Positions 37,871 through 48,148 are shown, counted from the stretch's first letter. The stretch is DNA of 64,000 bases from Chloroflexota bacterium (GCA_016234495.1 JACRBI010000052.1:13789-77788); one strand, 5' to 3'. The notes: a model not told the origin generated them from the letters alone. Translations and numbers: made by a program.

Positions 37871-39031
37871 ATGATAAAAACCCGAATCATCCTTACCCTT
37901 AGCCTGCTCGCTTTGCTATCGGCATCCTGCCAACCCGCAGCACGCTTCGCGACCGCAGATCCGCAAATGGCAATGACCGCCGCGATCCAAACTGCTTTTG
38001 CCGAGATCAGCCAGCCAACTCAAACACCCGTCCCCACCGAAACACCCATCCCCACCGCTACAATTCCGCGCACGCCGCCGGCGCTGCCACCTGCTTTTTC
38101 AACAAATGTCCTACATCCGCTTGACACGCCACATGCCTACATTCAGGATGCTTGTCAACATCTCAAAGCCAAATGGGACCCGAACAATGCCGCGCCCGGC
38201 ACAATTGTGCTGGTGATCATGTTCCACGGCATCCTCAAAGATTCGAGTTCCGCTGACGCCAACGACATCACCGTCAAGGACTTCGACAAATTAATGGGCA
38301 GCCTGAAGGAGCTTGGCTTTGAAGCGATCAACGCCACACAGCTTGCCGATTTTCTGGATTCAAATGCGCTCATCCCTAAACGCTCTGTGGTGTTGACCTA
38401 CGATGACCGACACCGCGCCGAAGCCTACGAACATTTCCGCCCATATTATGAACAATGGGGCTGGCCGGTCATCAACGGCTGGATCAGCGCCTTTGGCGGC
38501 GACGACCAATTCCTGCAAGAAAACGTGAATCTCTCCAAAGAAGGCTGGGTGGATTATCAGGCGCATGGCGTGATACACAACACCAACATCGGCCCGGATT
38601 CAACCGACGAATTCATCCGCAGTGAACTGCAAGGCTCGATTGATAATCTGCAAAAGTATTTTGAAAAGACGCCGGTCGCATACATTTGGCCCGGCGGAGG
38701 ATTCACACCGCGCGGGGCGCAAGTTGCGAGGGAAGTCGGCTATCGCGTGGGCTTCACCATCAATCCGCGTGGACCGATCATGTTTAACTGGATTCCACTC
38801 TCAGATGAGTCAGATCCGGGCCGCCCCTTCTTCATCCCCGAAGGGCCGGTCAATGATCCGCGTTTAACTTTGCCGCGCTACTGGCCGTCGCAGGTGCTGG
38901 CGCAGCTGGATACGATCCGCGTTATGGGCAAGGATGCCGCCGCGTATGCCGAGCTAAACAAAGCCACCGAACTGGAATATTATGATATTGTCTGTTCGCC
39001 CGCTCTTGGCGCAATTCCAGGCATGCCGTAA
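37871..39031 (+). CDS. Polysaccharide-deacetylase-like lipoprotein
   Basis: Lipobox LLSASC; MFHG, LTYDD, QAHG..H, WPGG. Confidence 0.72.
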   Translation: MIKTRIILTLSLLALLSASCQPAARFATADPQMAMTAAIQTAFAEISQPTQTPVPTETPIPTATIPRTPPALPPAFSTNVLHPLDTPHAYIQDACQHLKAKWDPNNAAPGTIVLVIMFHGILKDSSSADANDITVKDFDKLMGSLKELGFEAINATQLADFLDSNALIPKRSVVLTYDDRHRAEAYEHFRPYYEQWGWPVINGWISAFGGDDQFLQENVNLSKEGWVDYQAHGVIHNTNIGPDSTDEFIRSELQGSIDNLQKYFEKTPVAYIWPGGGFTPRGAQVAREVGYRVGFTINPRGPIMFNWIPLSDESDPGRPFFIPEGPVNDPRLTLPRYWPSQVLAQLDTIRVMGKDAAAYAELNKATELEYYDIVCSPALGAIPGMP

Positions 39032-39066
39032 ATTTCCCGCTACAAATATCGTTTACAATCAATGTC

Positions 39067-40149
39067 ATGATAAAGCAAGAAACTCCAATAACCCATATCG
39101 CATTTCGCGTTACAAGCATCCTGACGATCATCTTTATTCTTATCTCCTGCGAACCATTTACCACAACTTCCCTGCAGCAGAATGCAGCCAGCACCACACC
39201 ATCAATCACCGTTGACACGCCCGCTGTGCCGGCGCTTCCCGCCGCATATCAATCTCAATTTCTAAACGCGCTGGATGTGCCGCATAGTTACATTGAAGAT
39301 ACCTGCCAGTATTTGCGCAACAAATGGAATCCTGCGAACGCAAAGCCCGGCACGGTGGTCATGGTCATCATGTTCAAGGAGATTTCCAATCCGCTTGATT
39401 TCCACAAGATCATGCTCGAACTTCAAACCCAGGGTTTTCAAGCGATCAGTACAAAAAAATTCCTTGCATTTATGGAGCGCAATATCAAGATCCCTCCGCG
39501 CTCGGTGTTGCTGATTCAGGATGGGAGTTATGAAGCGCGCAACTTTGACAAGACCTTCCGCGAATATTGGGAAGTATTGGATTGGCCGGTGGTCAACGGC
39601 TGGGTAAGCGAGCCCGGCGCATCCGAAGCTCTCTGGAACGAAAATATTGAACTGGAAAAAGAAGGCTGGGTGGATCATCAGGCAGCAGGCGTGATAAGCG
39701 ACACCATCTTATCTGACGATTCTTCCAAGGCAGTCATCACCCGCGAATTAGACGGCTCGCTGAGCGCATTTGCCGAGCATTACGGCAAGACTCCCTATGC
39801 CTTCATCTGGCCCAACGGCGGGTTTGGACTGCGTCCGGTTCAGGCGGCGCGTCAATTGGGCTACCAGCTTGGGTTCACATCCAACATGCGCGGACCCGTG
39901 ATGTACAACTGGGTTCCGCTTGCAGATCAATTAGACTCGGAGCGCCCGTCGTATATCCCCGAAGGGCCGATCAACGACCCGTTGATGACTCTGCCCCGTT
40001 ACCCGGCGGACGAGGCGCTCAACGCGATTGACGCAGTCCGCGTATCCGGTGACGAATCTGCTGCCTATCAGGAAGCCAACAAAGCCGTTGAAATTAATTA
40101 CTACGATCTGATTTGCAAATCCACACACGGGCCGATTCCAAACCCATAA
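39067..40149 (+). CDS. Paralogous deacetylase-like lipoprotein with degenerate catalytic motifs
   Basis: Lipobox ILISC; shares KWNP.NA.PGT.V.VIMF, WPVVNGW, EGP.NDP..TLPRY with the upstream gene. Confidence 0.68.
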   Translation: MIKQETPITHIAFRVTSILTIIFILISCEPFTTTSLQQNAASTTPSITVDTPAVPALPAAYQSQFLNALDVPHSYIEDTCQYLRNKWNPANAKPGTVVMVIMFKEISNPLDFHKIMLELQTQGFQAISTKKFLAFMERNIKIPPRSVLLIQDGSYEARNFDKTFREYWEVLDWPVVNGWVSEPGASEALWNENIELEKEGWVDHQAAGVISDTILSDDSSKAVITRELDGSLSAFAEHYGKTPYAFIWPNGGFGLRPVQAARQLGYQLGFTSNMRGPVMYNWVPLADQLDSERPSYIPEGPINDPLMTLPRYPADEALNAIDAVRVSGDESAAYQEANKAVEINYYDLICKSTHGPIPNP

Positions 40150-40163
40150 AGGAGATTTCAGCC

Positions 40164-40508
40164 ATGTCTGATTGTATTTTCTGCAAGATCATCAAAGGCG
40201 ACATCCCAGGCACAATCGTATTTCGCGATGAACAGGTGACCGCCTTCCGCGACCTGCACCCCGCCGCGCCGACACACATCCTGCTCGTACCGAACAGGCA
40301 CATCGACTCGGTCAACATGCTTGCAAGCGGGGACGAGCCATTGATCGGTCACCTTTTCACAACAGCAAAACAGATCGCCGCGCAGGAGGGAATCGCCGAG
40401 GGCGGCTACCGCCTGATCATCAACACCAACGCCAACGCCGGTCAAACCGTCTTCCACATCCACTTGCATCTTTTGGGCGGCGCGCCCATGCAGCACCCAA
40501 TGGGATAA
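40164..40508 (+). CDS. Histidine triad (HIT) nucleotide-binding protein
   Basis: DCIFCKI, FHIHLHLLGG. Confidence 0.92.
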   Translation: MSDCIFCKIIKGDIPGTIVFRDEQVTAFRDLHPAAPTHILLVPNRHIDSVNMLASGDEPLIGHLFTTAKQIAAQEGIAEGGYRLIINTNANAGQTVFHIHLHLLGGAPMQHPMG

Positions 40509-40515
40509 AATACCC

Positions 40516-40550
40516 AGCGATCAGCAAAATCTGCTGGTCGCTTTTTTGTT
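40516..40550 (+). terminator. Intrinsic terminator
   Basis: AGCGATCAGCA..TGCTGGTCGCT + T run. Confidence 0.7.
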
Positions 40551-40683
40551 ACATGATGATGTTATCCAGCAGAAAAGCATTCGCCACAGAGATCACGGAG
40601 TCCACAGAGTTTTTAAAATAAAGTTCTCCGTGCCCTTTGTGATCTCTGTGGTAAAACTTGCTCTAATAACTCAAGGAGATTTT

Positions 40684-42135
40684 ATGCCCGAACGAGAAAT
40701 ATATTTATTATCCCCGCGCGCACTCAGCCCTGAGACCATTGCGGTTGCGTTCGCAAAAACATCACGCGCGCCGGAATCATTCCGCGAGATCGCGGCGGAG
40801 TTAAGCGACGAGAAGTCGGCCCAGTTCCACGAGAAATGGGTTGTGGGCTATGGTCACGCCTCTGTTGCCGAACATGCCGTCCTGCATTATGCCTTTGAAA
40901 ATGTTTCGCGCATCGCCATCGAAACCATCGAAAGCAGCCGCCTCGCATCCTACACCGAAAAATCCACGCGCTATCAAAAATGGGGAGCGGACGATTTCAC
41001 GATTCCGCCCGAACTGGACGGACATCCCCTGCGCGATGAGTTCATCTCGACTGTGCGCTTCCTTTTCTCGACCTATGCTGAGTCGCTCGACCCGTTGAAG
41101 AATCTCATCCTCGGCAGGAGTCCGCGCCGCGAGAATGAAACTGACGAAGCCTACGACCGCCGCATCCGCTCGCAATACGTGGACAGATGCCGCTTCATCC
41201 TGCCCGCCGCCGCCAATGCCAACGTCGGCATGACAGCCAACGCGCGCGTAATCGAGATGGTCATCCGCAAGATGCTGTCGCATCCATTGGCTGAAGTGCG
41301 CCAGATCGGTGAAAAGATGAAGGAAGTAGCAAAAGCCGAAACGCCGACGCTGGTCAAGTACGCAGATGCTGTGCCGTATTTTGTGAAAACAACTCAAGAG
41401 CTTAACCACAGAGAGCACGAAGATCACGGAGAAAAACAAAAAAGAATCTCTGTGGACTCTGTGAGCTCAGTGGTGAAAAATGATTGGTGCGAGTTGATTG
41501 ATTACAACAAAGACGGCGAAAACAAAATCCTTGCGGCGGCAATCTATCGCTTCGATGAAATGGCATACGCGGATGCGCTGGCATATGTAAATTCATTAAA
41601 CCAAAACGACCGGGAGAATTTAGCCGCGACCCTGCTTGACAAACTTGGCAGATACGACGTGCCTCTACGCGAGATGGAATATTCCACCTACACCTTTGAC
41701 CTCGTCATGGATCAGGGCGCGTACGCCGAGTTCAAACGTCACCGCATGATGACGCAGACACCGCAGAGACTTTCGACGCGGCTGGGGTACGCGATTCCGC
41801 TGCTCGTAACAGAAGCAGGCTTCGGGTTAAAGTATGAAGCGGCGATGCAATCCGCAATTCAGATGTACGAAAAGTTATATGCGTTCAACCCCGATGTCGC
41901 GCAATATATTGTTCCCAATGGATTCAACCGCCGCGTGCTGGCGCAATTCAATTTGCGTGAGGCGTTTGCGTTCTGTCAACTGCGGAGCGCGGCCAACGCG
42001 CATTTTTCGATCCGACGAGTCGCGCAGAAAATGTACGAGGAAATGGCGCGTGTTCATCCGCTGTTGACGAAGTATATGAAGTTACACAAGGAAACCTGGC
42101 AAGAGCTGGAGAAAAATTATTTTACGCAGGTGTAA
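40684..42135 (+). CDS. thyX: Tandem-domain FAD-dependent thymidylate synthase (ThyX/Thy1-like)
   Basis: YGHASVAEH, SYTEKSTRY, RFILP; second domain FKRHR, NLRE..FCQLR...AHFSIR. Confidence 0.75.
   Translation: MPEREIYLLSPRALSPETIAVAFAKTSRAPESFREIAAELSDEKSAQFHEKWVVGYGHASVAEHAVLHYAFENVSRIAIETIESSRLASYTEKSTRYQKWGADDFTIPPELDGHPLRDEFISTVRFLFSTYAESLDPLKNLILGRSPRRENETDEAYDRRIRSQYVDRCRFILPAAANANVGMTANARVIEMVIRKMLSHPLAEVRQIGEKMKEVAKAETPTLVKYADAVPYFVKTTQELNHREHEDHGEKQKRISVDSVSSVVKNDWCELIDYNKDGENKILAAAIYRFDEMAYADALAYVNSLNQNDRENLAATLLDKLGRYDVPLREMEYSTYTFDLVMDQGAYAEFKRHRMMTQTPQRLSTRLGYAIPLLVTEAGFGLKYEAAMQSAIQMYEKLYAFNPDVAQYIVPNGFNRRVLAQFNLREAFAFCQLRSAANAHFSIRRVAQKMYEEMARVHPLLTKYMKLHKETWQELEKNYFTQV
41402..41476. 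repeat. Palindromic repeat inside the thyX reading frame
   Basis: AACCACAGAGAGCACGAAGATCACGGAGA..TCTCTGTGGACTCTGTGAGCTCAGTGGT; same family as 11553 and 40582. Confidence 0.8.
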
Positions 42136-42193
42136 GAAAAGGCGCAGACCTCCGAGGTTTCGCCGTTTTTTGGCGCCTCGGAGGTCTTTTTAT

Positions 42194-43174
42194 TTAATCG
42201 TCTTCTTCCTTCTTGACCCCAAAAATCGCATCGATCTTTTCAAGCATCTCAGGTGTAATTTTATCCACCACATCGGCCGCTTTCATATTTTCATGCACCT
42301 GTGACACGCGGCTCGCGCCGGTGATGACCGTGCTCACAAACGGATTCTTCAAACACCAAGCCAGCGCCAATTGTGAAAGGGTGCAGCCGAGTTCGTTTGC
42401 AATGGGCTCAAGCGCCTTCACTTTTTCGATCCGCGCCTGATCCTTCAAACGGTTTTGCAGCCACTCGTAACCTTTGAGCGCCCCGCGGCTATCGCTGGGA
42501 ATGCCGTTGTTGTATTTGCCCGTCAACAACCCCGAAGCCAGCGGACTCCAAATCGTCGAGCCGTAGCCATATTCCTTGTAAAAGCGGACATAATCGCCCT
42601 GCATCCGTCCCTGCTCGAACAAATTGTATTGCGGCTGTTCCACCACCGGCTTGTGCAAATGATGGCGTTCAGCAATTTGAATCGCTTCGATGATTTCAGA
42701 AGCCGCCCACTCCGATGTGCCCCAATACATGGCTTTGCCCCACTCAATAATATTGTGCATCGCCCAGACGGTTTCTTCAACGGGAGTGGTCGAGTCGGGG
42801 CGGTGACAGTAGATCAGATCCACATAATCCAACTGCAATCTTTCAAGCGAGCCGTTAATGCCTTCGATGAGCCGTTTGCGATTGAGCGTATTCTTTTCAT
42901 TCACACCGTCATGCAGTCCCCAATAAATTTTTGTGGAAACCAGATAACTGCCCCTGCGCCAGTTCAACTGTTTGAGAGCCGCGCCCATCACGGTTTCCGA
43001 TTTTCCGCCCGCGTACACTTCAGCATTATCAAAAAAATTCACGCCTGAATCATAAGCCGCGGCCATCATCTCAGCCGCAGCTTTTACATCAGCCTGATTA
43101 CTGAACGTCACCCACGAGCCAAACGAAAGTTCACTGACCTGAATCCCCGTCCTGCCGAGAAAACGATATTTCAT
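42194..43174 (-). CDS. Aldo/keto reductase (Kv beta-like)
   Basis: [39 protein letters not shown]. Confidence 0.9.
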   Translation of the reverse strand: MKYRFLGRTGIQVSELSFGSWVTFSNQADVKAAAEMMAAAYDSGVNFFDNAEVYAGGKSETVMGAALKQLNWRRGSYLVSTKIYWGLHDGVNEKNTLNRKRLIEGINGSLERLQLDYVDLIYCHRPDSTTPVEETVWAMHNIIEWGKAMYWGTSEWAASEIIEAIQIAERHHLHKPVVEQPQYNLFEQGRMQGDYVRFYKEYGYGSTIWSPLASGLLTGKYNNGIPSDSRGALKGYEWLQNRLKDQARIEKVKALEPIANELGCTLSQLALAWCLKNPFVSTVITGASRVSQVHENMKAADVVDKITPEMLEKIDAIFGVKKEEDD

Positions 43175-43239
43175 TGTGCCTCCAATTTTTTTGTATGGCA
43201 AGATTTATCTTGCGGTACTCTCTCCATTATAATCATCCC

Positions 43240-44157
43240 ATGCGAAAAAACCTGCTTCTCCTGATCTTGCTGATCTCCGCATGTGCCTCCCCCAACGCCC
43301 AACCCACAGACGTTTCGCTTCGCCCTTACCTTACCAGCACGCCGAGCCTGACAGCCGCGCCGAACGTGATCGTCATTGACGTGACACCGATTCCAACTTC
43401 AACCCCATTTATTTACACCATCAAATCAGGCGATACGATCAGCAAACTCGCCGAGCAATTTAAAATCTCGCAGGATGAATTAAGGGCGGCGAATCCTGAT
43501 GTCTCTCCGAACAGCATGACCATCGGATCAACTCTTCTCATCCCAGACAGTTCCGCCGCGAAAGCAGACGGGTCGACTCCGACGCCCGCGCCTGCTCCTG
43601 TCACCCAGACAGTCTGCCACCCTTCAGCAGACGGCGGCCTGTGGTGTTTCGCGCTCATCCAAAATGACACGACTGAATTTCTTGAGAATGTCTCCGCGCA
43701 GATCACGCTGCTGGACGAAGGCAATAACGCGCTCACGAGTCAAACCGCGTTCATGCCATTGGATATCATTCCGCCAAATTCGTCGCTGCCGGTTTACGTT
43801 TTCTTCGCCGGCGAATTTCCCGCAGACGTGAATATTCAAGTTCAAGTATTGAGCGCCAACCAACTGCCGCCAAACAATGAGCGCTATTTGCCGGCGACGA
43901 TTCAAAATGCGGTGGCGCAGATCAATGGCCGCAGCGCCCAACTCAGCGGACAGATTCTCCTGCCGGTCGAATCAAAAGCCGCAACAATTGTCTGGGTCGT
44001 GGCTGTGGCTTTCGACAAAGATGGCCGCGTGGTTGGCATCCGGCGCTGGGAGGGCGGAGCGATTCAGCCTGGGGGGAATCTCTCTTTCAGTTTTTTTGTA
44101 TCAAGCCTCGGGTCGGAAATTGATGCGCTGGAGTTCCTCGTCGAAGCAAGGCCGTAG
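43240..44157 (+). CDS. LysM-domain lipoprotein with C-terminal Ig-like (FxLYD-like) domains
   Basis: Lipobox LISAC; YTIKSGDTISKLAEQF..S.DEL.AANP. Confidence 0.8.
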   Translation: MRKNLLLLILLISACASPNAQPTDVSLRPYLTSTPSLTAAPNVIVIDVTPIPTSTPFIYTIKSGDTISKLAEQFKISQDELRAANPDVSPNSMTIGSTLLIPDSSAAKADGSTPTPAPAPVTQTVCHPSADGGLWCFALIQNDTTEFLENVSAQITLLDEGNNALTSQTAFMPLDIIPPNSSLPVYVFFAGEFPADVNIQVQVLSANQLPPNNERYLPATIQNAVAQINGRSAQLSGQILLPVESKAATIVWVVAVAFDKDGRVVGIRRWEGGAIQPGGNLSFSFFVSSLGSEIDALEFLVEARP

Positions 44158-44168
44158 ATTAATTCCTT

Positions 44169-44471
44169 CTACAATTTATCGTCAGTATTATCTTTTTTCA
44201 ATTCTTTATAATTCCCCAAGCGGACGACAAAGCCCAAAATAAAAACGCCGAAAATCAAAAGGAGCAGGCAGCCAAAGCCGAGCAGGGATAAGGTCAGCGA
44301 GAGAGGCGGACCTGACGGTTGGTCAGCGTTGTCAATTACGGGGGTTGGAGCAGGTTCAGTAGACAGTGGAATCACTTGAACAGAAATTGAACGCGGGGAG
44401 GCAAAAATGGTTTGCCCGGGCAAAAGGAATAACCCGATTAATAGCACCAGCATGATTATCTTTACTCGCAT
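44169..44471 (-). CDS. Hypothetical small membrane protein
   Basis: Signal peptide-like N-terminus, Pro-rich linker, C-terminal TM; AGGAG RBS. Confidence 0.55.
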   Translation of the reverse strand: MRVKIIMLVLLIGLFLLPGQTIFASPRSISVQVIPLSTEPAPTPVIDNADQPSGPPLSLTLSLLGFGCLLLLIFGVFILGFVVRLGNYKELKKDNTDDKL

Positions 44472-44661
44472 ATGAATTAACTCCTTTGAGGATGCCCGCC
44501 CACTATATCACCAAACGAAAATCAGCATATATTGATTATGACAAAATTGGGATGTTTCCGTAACATTCATCCACCCCCAAATCTCAGCGTGATTTAATGT
44601 CAGCATGTAAAATGAACCTAGGTTTTTAAGCTCATTTATGATTCCAGCGCAAGAAGGAATC

Positions 44662-44921
44662 TTCACCGCGAAGAAGCGAAGATCGCGAAGAAGAATTTAA
44701 ATTATTCGATTTTAGAGTTCATGTAGCGAGTTCGAAAGAGTGTTTTATTTTGCTACGAATTGCGCGGATTTTCGCTAATTTTTCCATAAAAAATCCGCGC
44801 GAATTAGCGAAATTCGCGGCAATGGTTTGGAACCCTAAACTCAAGTAAATTAACGAAGGTTTTTAATTTCTGGCTGGATTCTTCAAAATCTTAAGACCTT
44901 CTTCGTATGCTTCGCGGTAAA
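44662..44921. repeat. Nested palindromic repeats (outer CGCGAAG family, inner CGAATT/CGCGGATT family)
   Basis: Outer arms ACCGCGAAGAAGCGAAG / CTTCGTATGCTTCGCGGT; inner element about 44749-44822. Confidence 0.6.
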
Positions 44922-44986
44922 AGAGGCTTTTACAGTAGAGTCATTTATCGGCTCTGAAAGTCAAAGAAATTTTATTTGGAGGAACA

Positions 44987-45472
44987 ATGCAACGAAACAA
45001 ATTCATTCTCGGCGGGTTGCTGATACTGGCGGCGGTGGTTTATCTCATCGTTTCGTCCACACAGGCAAGCGCCGAATATTTCATGACCGTTGATGAAATG
45101 ATTGCCAAAGGGGATGTGGCTGTCGGTCAAAGCGCGCGCCTTTCCGGCGCGGTGATCGGCGATACGGTTAAATACGATCCCGCCACGCTCGAACTCACCT
45201 TTGACGTGGCGCATGTCTCCGGCGACAATAACGAGATCGAAGCGCAGGGCGGTCTGGCAAAAGTGCTGGCTGACGCAGTCGCCGACCCCAGCCGTCAGCG
45301 TGTGCCGGTGCTGTACATCGGGCCAAAACCTGACCTGCTGCGCGGCGAAGCGCAAGCCATCATGACCGGCACGCTTGGCAGCGATGGGATTTTCTACGCT
45401 GACGAGCTCCTGCTCAAATGTCCAACCAAATATCAGGAAGCAGTACCCGACCAAGCAGAAGCAAATAATTAG
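44987..45472 (+). CDS. ccmE: Heme chaperone CcmE, CxxxY variant
   Basis: N-terminal TM; ELLLKCPTKYQE. Confidence 0.88.
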   Translation: MQRNKFILGGLLILAAVVYLIVSSTQASAEYFMTVDEMIAKGDVAVGQSARLSGAVIGDTVKYDPATLELTFDVAHVSGDNNEIEAQGGLAKVLADAVADPSRQRVPVLYIGPKPDLLRGEAQAIMTGTLGSDGIFYADELLLKCPTKYQEAVPDQAEANN

Positions 45473-45565
45473 GAAACAGAACCTGACGGGATGAACCTGT
45501 CAGGTTTTGTTTCTCAAACCATTCGAGAAATAATCTTAGGGCTAATAAAAAAAGAAGGACATCTT

Positions 45566-47638
45566 ATGATCGCAGAATTTGGATATGGAATTGCGCTGGT
45601 AAGTTTTATCGTTGCGGTGTACAGCATAGTCGCGGCAGTTTACGGCGCGGCCGCTCCGCGAAAATCCGCCTCCCTTGTGGAAAGCGCGCGGCGCGCCATG
45701 CTGTTGACGTTCCCGCTGATCACGCTCTCTGCGGCGGCATTAATTTATTTACTGGTGAATAATCATTTTGAAGTTTCCTTCGTCTACGAAGTAACCAGCA
45801 TCAGTATGCCCACCTACCTCAAAGTGACCGCCTGGTGGGGCGGACAGGCCGGCTCGCTCCTGTTCTGGTCCTGGCTGCTCGCGGCTTTCGCTTCCGCAGT
45901 CACCCTCCGCAAATGGGACCGCGATATTGAATTCCTGCCGTGGGTCATCATGATCAGCTCGGTCACGCTCGTGTTCTTCCTTGGCATGGTGATCTTCTAC
46001 GAGAATCCATTCACACGCTTCTGGCTTGTAAATGGAAATGTCGAACCGCACATGTTTGCACCCGCCAATGCGACTGTCTTTACACCGCAGGATGGAAATG
46101 GATTGAATCCGCTCTTGCGCCACCCGGGCATGGTCATTCATCCGCCCATGCTGTATCTTGGCTTTGTCTCTTACGTTATCCCCTACGCCTTCGCCATGGC
46201 GGCGCTCATCACAGGCCGCACCGACGACCGCTGGATCCGCCTGACGCGCCGCTGGTCTTTGTGGGCCTGGCTCTTCCTCTCCTTCGGCCTCGTGCTCGGC
46301 GGACGTTGGGCGTACGATGTGCTCGGCTGGGGTGGTTACTGGGGCTGGGACCCGGTTGAGATCGCGGCCTTCATGCCTTGGCTGACCGGCACAGCATTCT
46401 TACATTCCGTCATGATCCAGGAAAAACGCGGTCTGCTCAAACACTGGAACATGATCCTCGTCATCCTGACGTACGCGCTCGTCATCTTTGGTACATTTCT
46501 CACACGCTCGGGCGTGTTGTCATCTGTCCATGCTTTCGCAAACAGCCCGATCGGTCCGCTCTTTATGACCTTCGTCTCCGCCACATTGATCGCGTCCATT
46601 GCTCTGGTCATCTACCGCTGGCCTGACCTGCGCGGCGAGACGGAAATGAAATCCATGCTTTCGCGCGAGGCTTTATTCCTGCTCAACAACCTGCTGTTCA
46701 TGAGCGTGCTGGTGATCTGCTTCTGGGGCGTGATCTTCCCGCTCATCTCTGAATTATTCACCGGCCAAAAAGTGACCGTCGGCCCGCCGTTTTATGAACG
46801 CGCCACCGCCCCGATCTTTGCCGCGTTGATGTTCCTGATGGGAGTCGCTCCGCTTTCTGCGTGGGGACATTCCACCTTGAAGACGCTTGGCCGCGCGATG
46901 TGGAAATCGGCGCTCGCCGCGCTGGTCGTGACCGTTGTCCTGTTTGCCACCTACACAAAGAATTTTATCGCGCTGATAGGCTTCTTCCTGATCGCGCTGG
47001 TACTGCTCGTCACCTTCCAGGAATTTTGGCGCGGCACGCGGGCAAGACAACGATCGCAAAAAGAAAACTTCTTCACTTCCCTCTCGCGCCTGATGGGACG
47101 CAACCGCCGACGCTATGGCGGATACATCATCCACATCAGCATGATGTTGATGGCCATCGGCATTCTCGGAATTGAAATCTTCCAGACCTCCACCCAGGGT
47201 TCGCTGGCTCAGGGCGAAGCGCTGGATATTTCAGGGTACACCATAAAATATCGTGAACTCGCTTCGTGGGATGATCAGGGCAAGGGTGTGAACTTCACCC
47301 GCGCCTCACTCGATGTTTATGAAAATGGCATCTATCTCGGCGAACTTAATCCGCGCATTGATTTCTACTTTGACTCACAACAAAACATGACCATCCCGGG
47401 CAACCGTTCAACCCTCAGGGATGATTTGTATATCCTCCTTGTAGACTGGCAGCCGGTATCCAACATGGGCGCGACCTTCAAGATTTTTGTCAACCCGCTG
47501 GTCAACTGGCTTTGGATCGGCAGCCTGCTCTTTCTGCTCGGCGTGATCTTCGCCGCCTGGCCCGACCGCGACGCAACCGAGGAAACCTCGCGCCGCGGTG
47601 TTACACGGCAGGCAAGTCAAGCCAGCGCAGCGGATTAA
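45566..47638 (+). CDS. ccmF: Cytochrome c synthetase CcmF
   Basis: GLNPLL.HPGM..HPP, WAYDVLGWGGYWGWDPVE (WWD domain), SVHAF. Confidence 0.95.
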   Translation: MIAEFGYGIALVSFIVAVYSIVAAVYGAAAPRKSASLVESARRAMLLTFPLITLSAAALIYLLVNNHFEVSFVYEVTSISMPTYLKVTAWWGGQAGSLLFWSWLLAAFASAVTLRKWDRDIEFLPWVIMISSVTLVFFLGMVIFYENPFTRFWLVNGNVEPHMFAPANATVFTPQDGNGLNPLLRHPGMVIHPPMLYLGFVSYVIPYAFAMAALITGRTDDRWIRLTRRWSLWAWLFLSFGLVLGGRWAYDVLGWGGYWGWDPVEIAAFMPWLTGTAFLHSVMIQEKRGLLKHWNMILVILTYALVIFGTFLTRSGVLSSVHAFANSPIGPLFMTFVSATLIASIALVIYRWPDLRGETEMKSMLSREALFLLNNLLFMSVLVICFWGVIFPLISELFTGQKVTVGPPFYERATAPIFAALMFLMGVAPLSAWGHSTLKTLGRAMWKSALAALVVTVVLFATYTKNFIALIGFFLIALVLLVTFQEFWRGTRARQRSQKENFFTSLSRLMGRNRRRYGGYIIHISMMLMAIGILGIEIFQTSTQGSLAQGEALDISGYTIKYRELASWDDQGKGVNFTRASLDVYENGIYLGELNPRIDFYFDSQQNMTIPGNRSTLRDDLYILLVDWQPVSNMGATFKIFVNPLVNWLWIGSLLFLLGVIFAAWPDRDATEETSRRGVTRQASQASAAD

Positions 47639-47656
47639 TAAGCCCCGGAGTCGTTC

Positions 47657-48148
47657 ATGAAAAAGATTTTTTACACTCTCACTTTTATACTTATTCTTGG
47701 CGTGATGTTCACCGGTGCGGCGTTCGCGCAGGGTGAACTCCCCACTGATGACGAAGTGAACGCAGTCGCACATCAACTGTATTGCCCCGTCTGCCAGAAC
47801 ACGCCGCTCGATGTCTGCCCGACGGACGCCTGCCGTGACTGGCGCGAACAGATCCGCGGGATGCTGGCGGAAGGAAAAACCGAAGATGAGATCCTGCAAT
47901 ATTTTGTCGATCAATTCGGTGACCGGGTTCTATCGGCACCGCCGGTCAGCACGAAATTCAACTGGATCATTTACATCATCCCGCCGCTGATCATCCTCGC
48001 AGGCGCGATCATCCTCTTCCGCTCGCTCAAAGAGTGGACAACGCCCAAAGCAACAGAAGCAGCTGCGGTCGAAGATGGAAGCGGCTCGTCATCCCCATCA
48101 GATGATTATGTGGCGCGTCTTGAGGAAGAGTTGAAGAAACAGAAATAA
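47657..48148 (+). CDS. ccmH: CcmH/CycL thiol oxidoreductase
   Basis: LYCPVCQN, I..ML.EG.TEDEI..YFV..FG..VL. Confidence 0.88.
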   Translation: MKKIFYTLTFILILGVMFTGAAFAQGELPTDDEVNAVAHQLYCPVCQNTPLDVCPTDACRDWREQIRGMLAEGKTEDEILQYFVDQFGDRVLSAPPVSTKFNWIIYIIPPLIILAGAIILFRSLKEWTTPKATEAAAVEDGSGSSSPSDDYVARLEEELKKQK

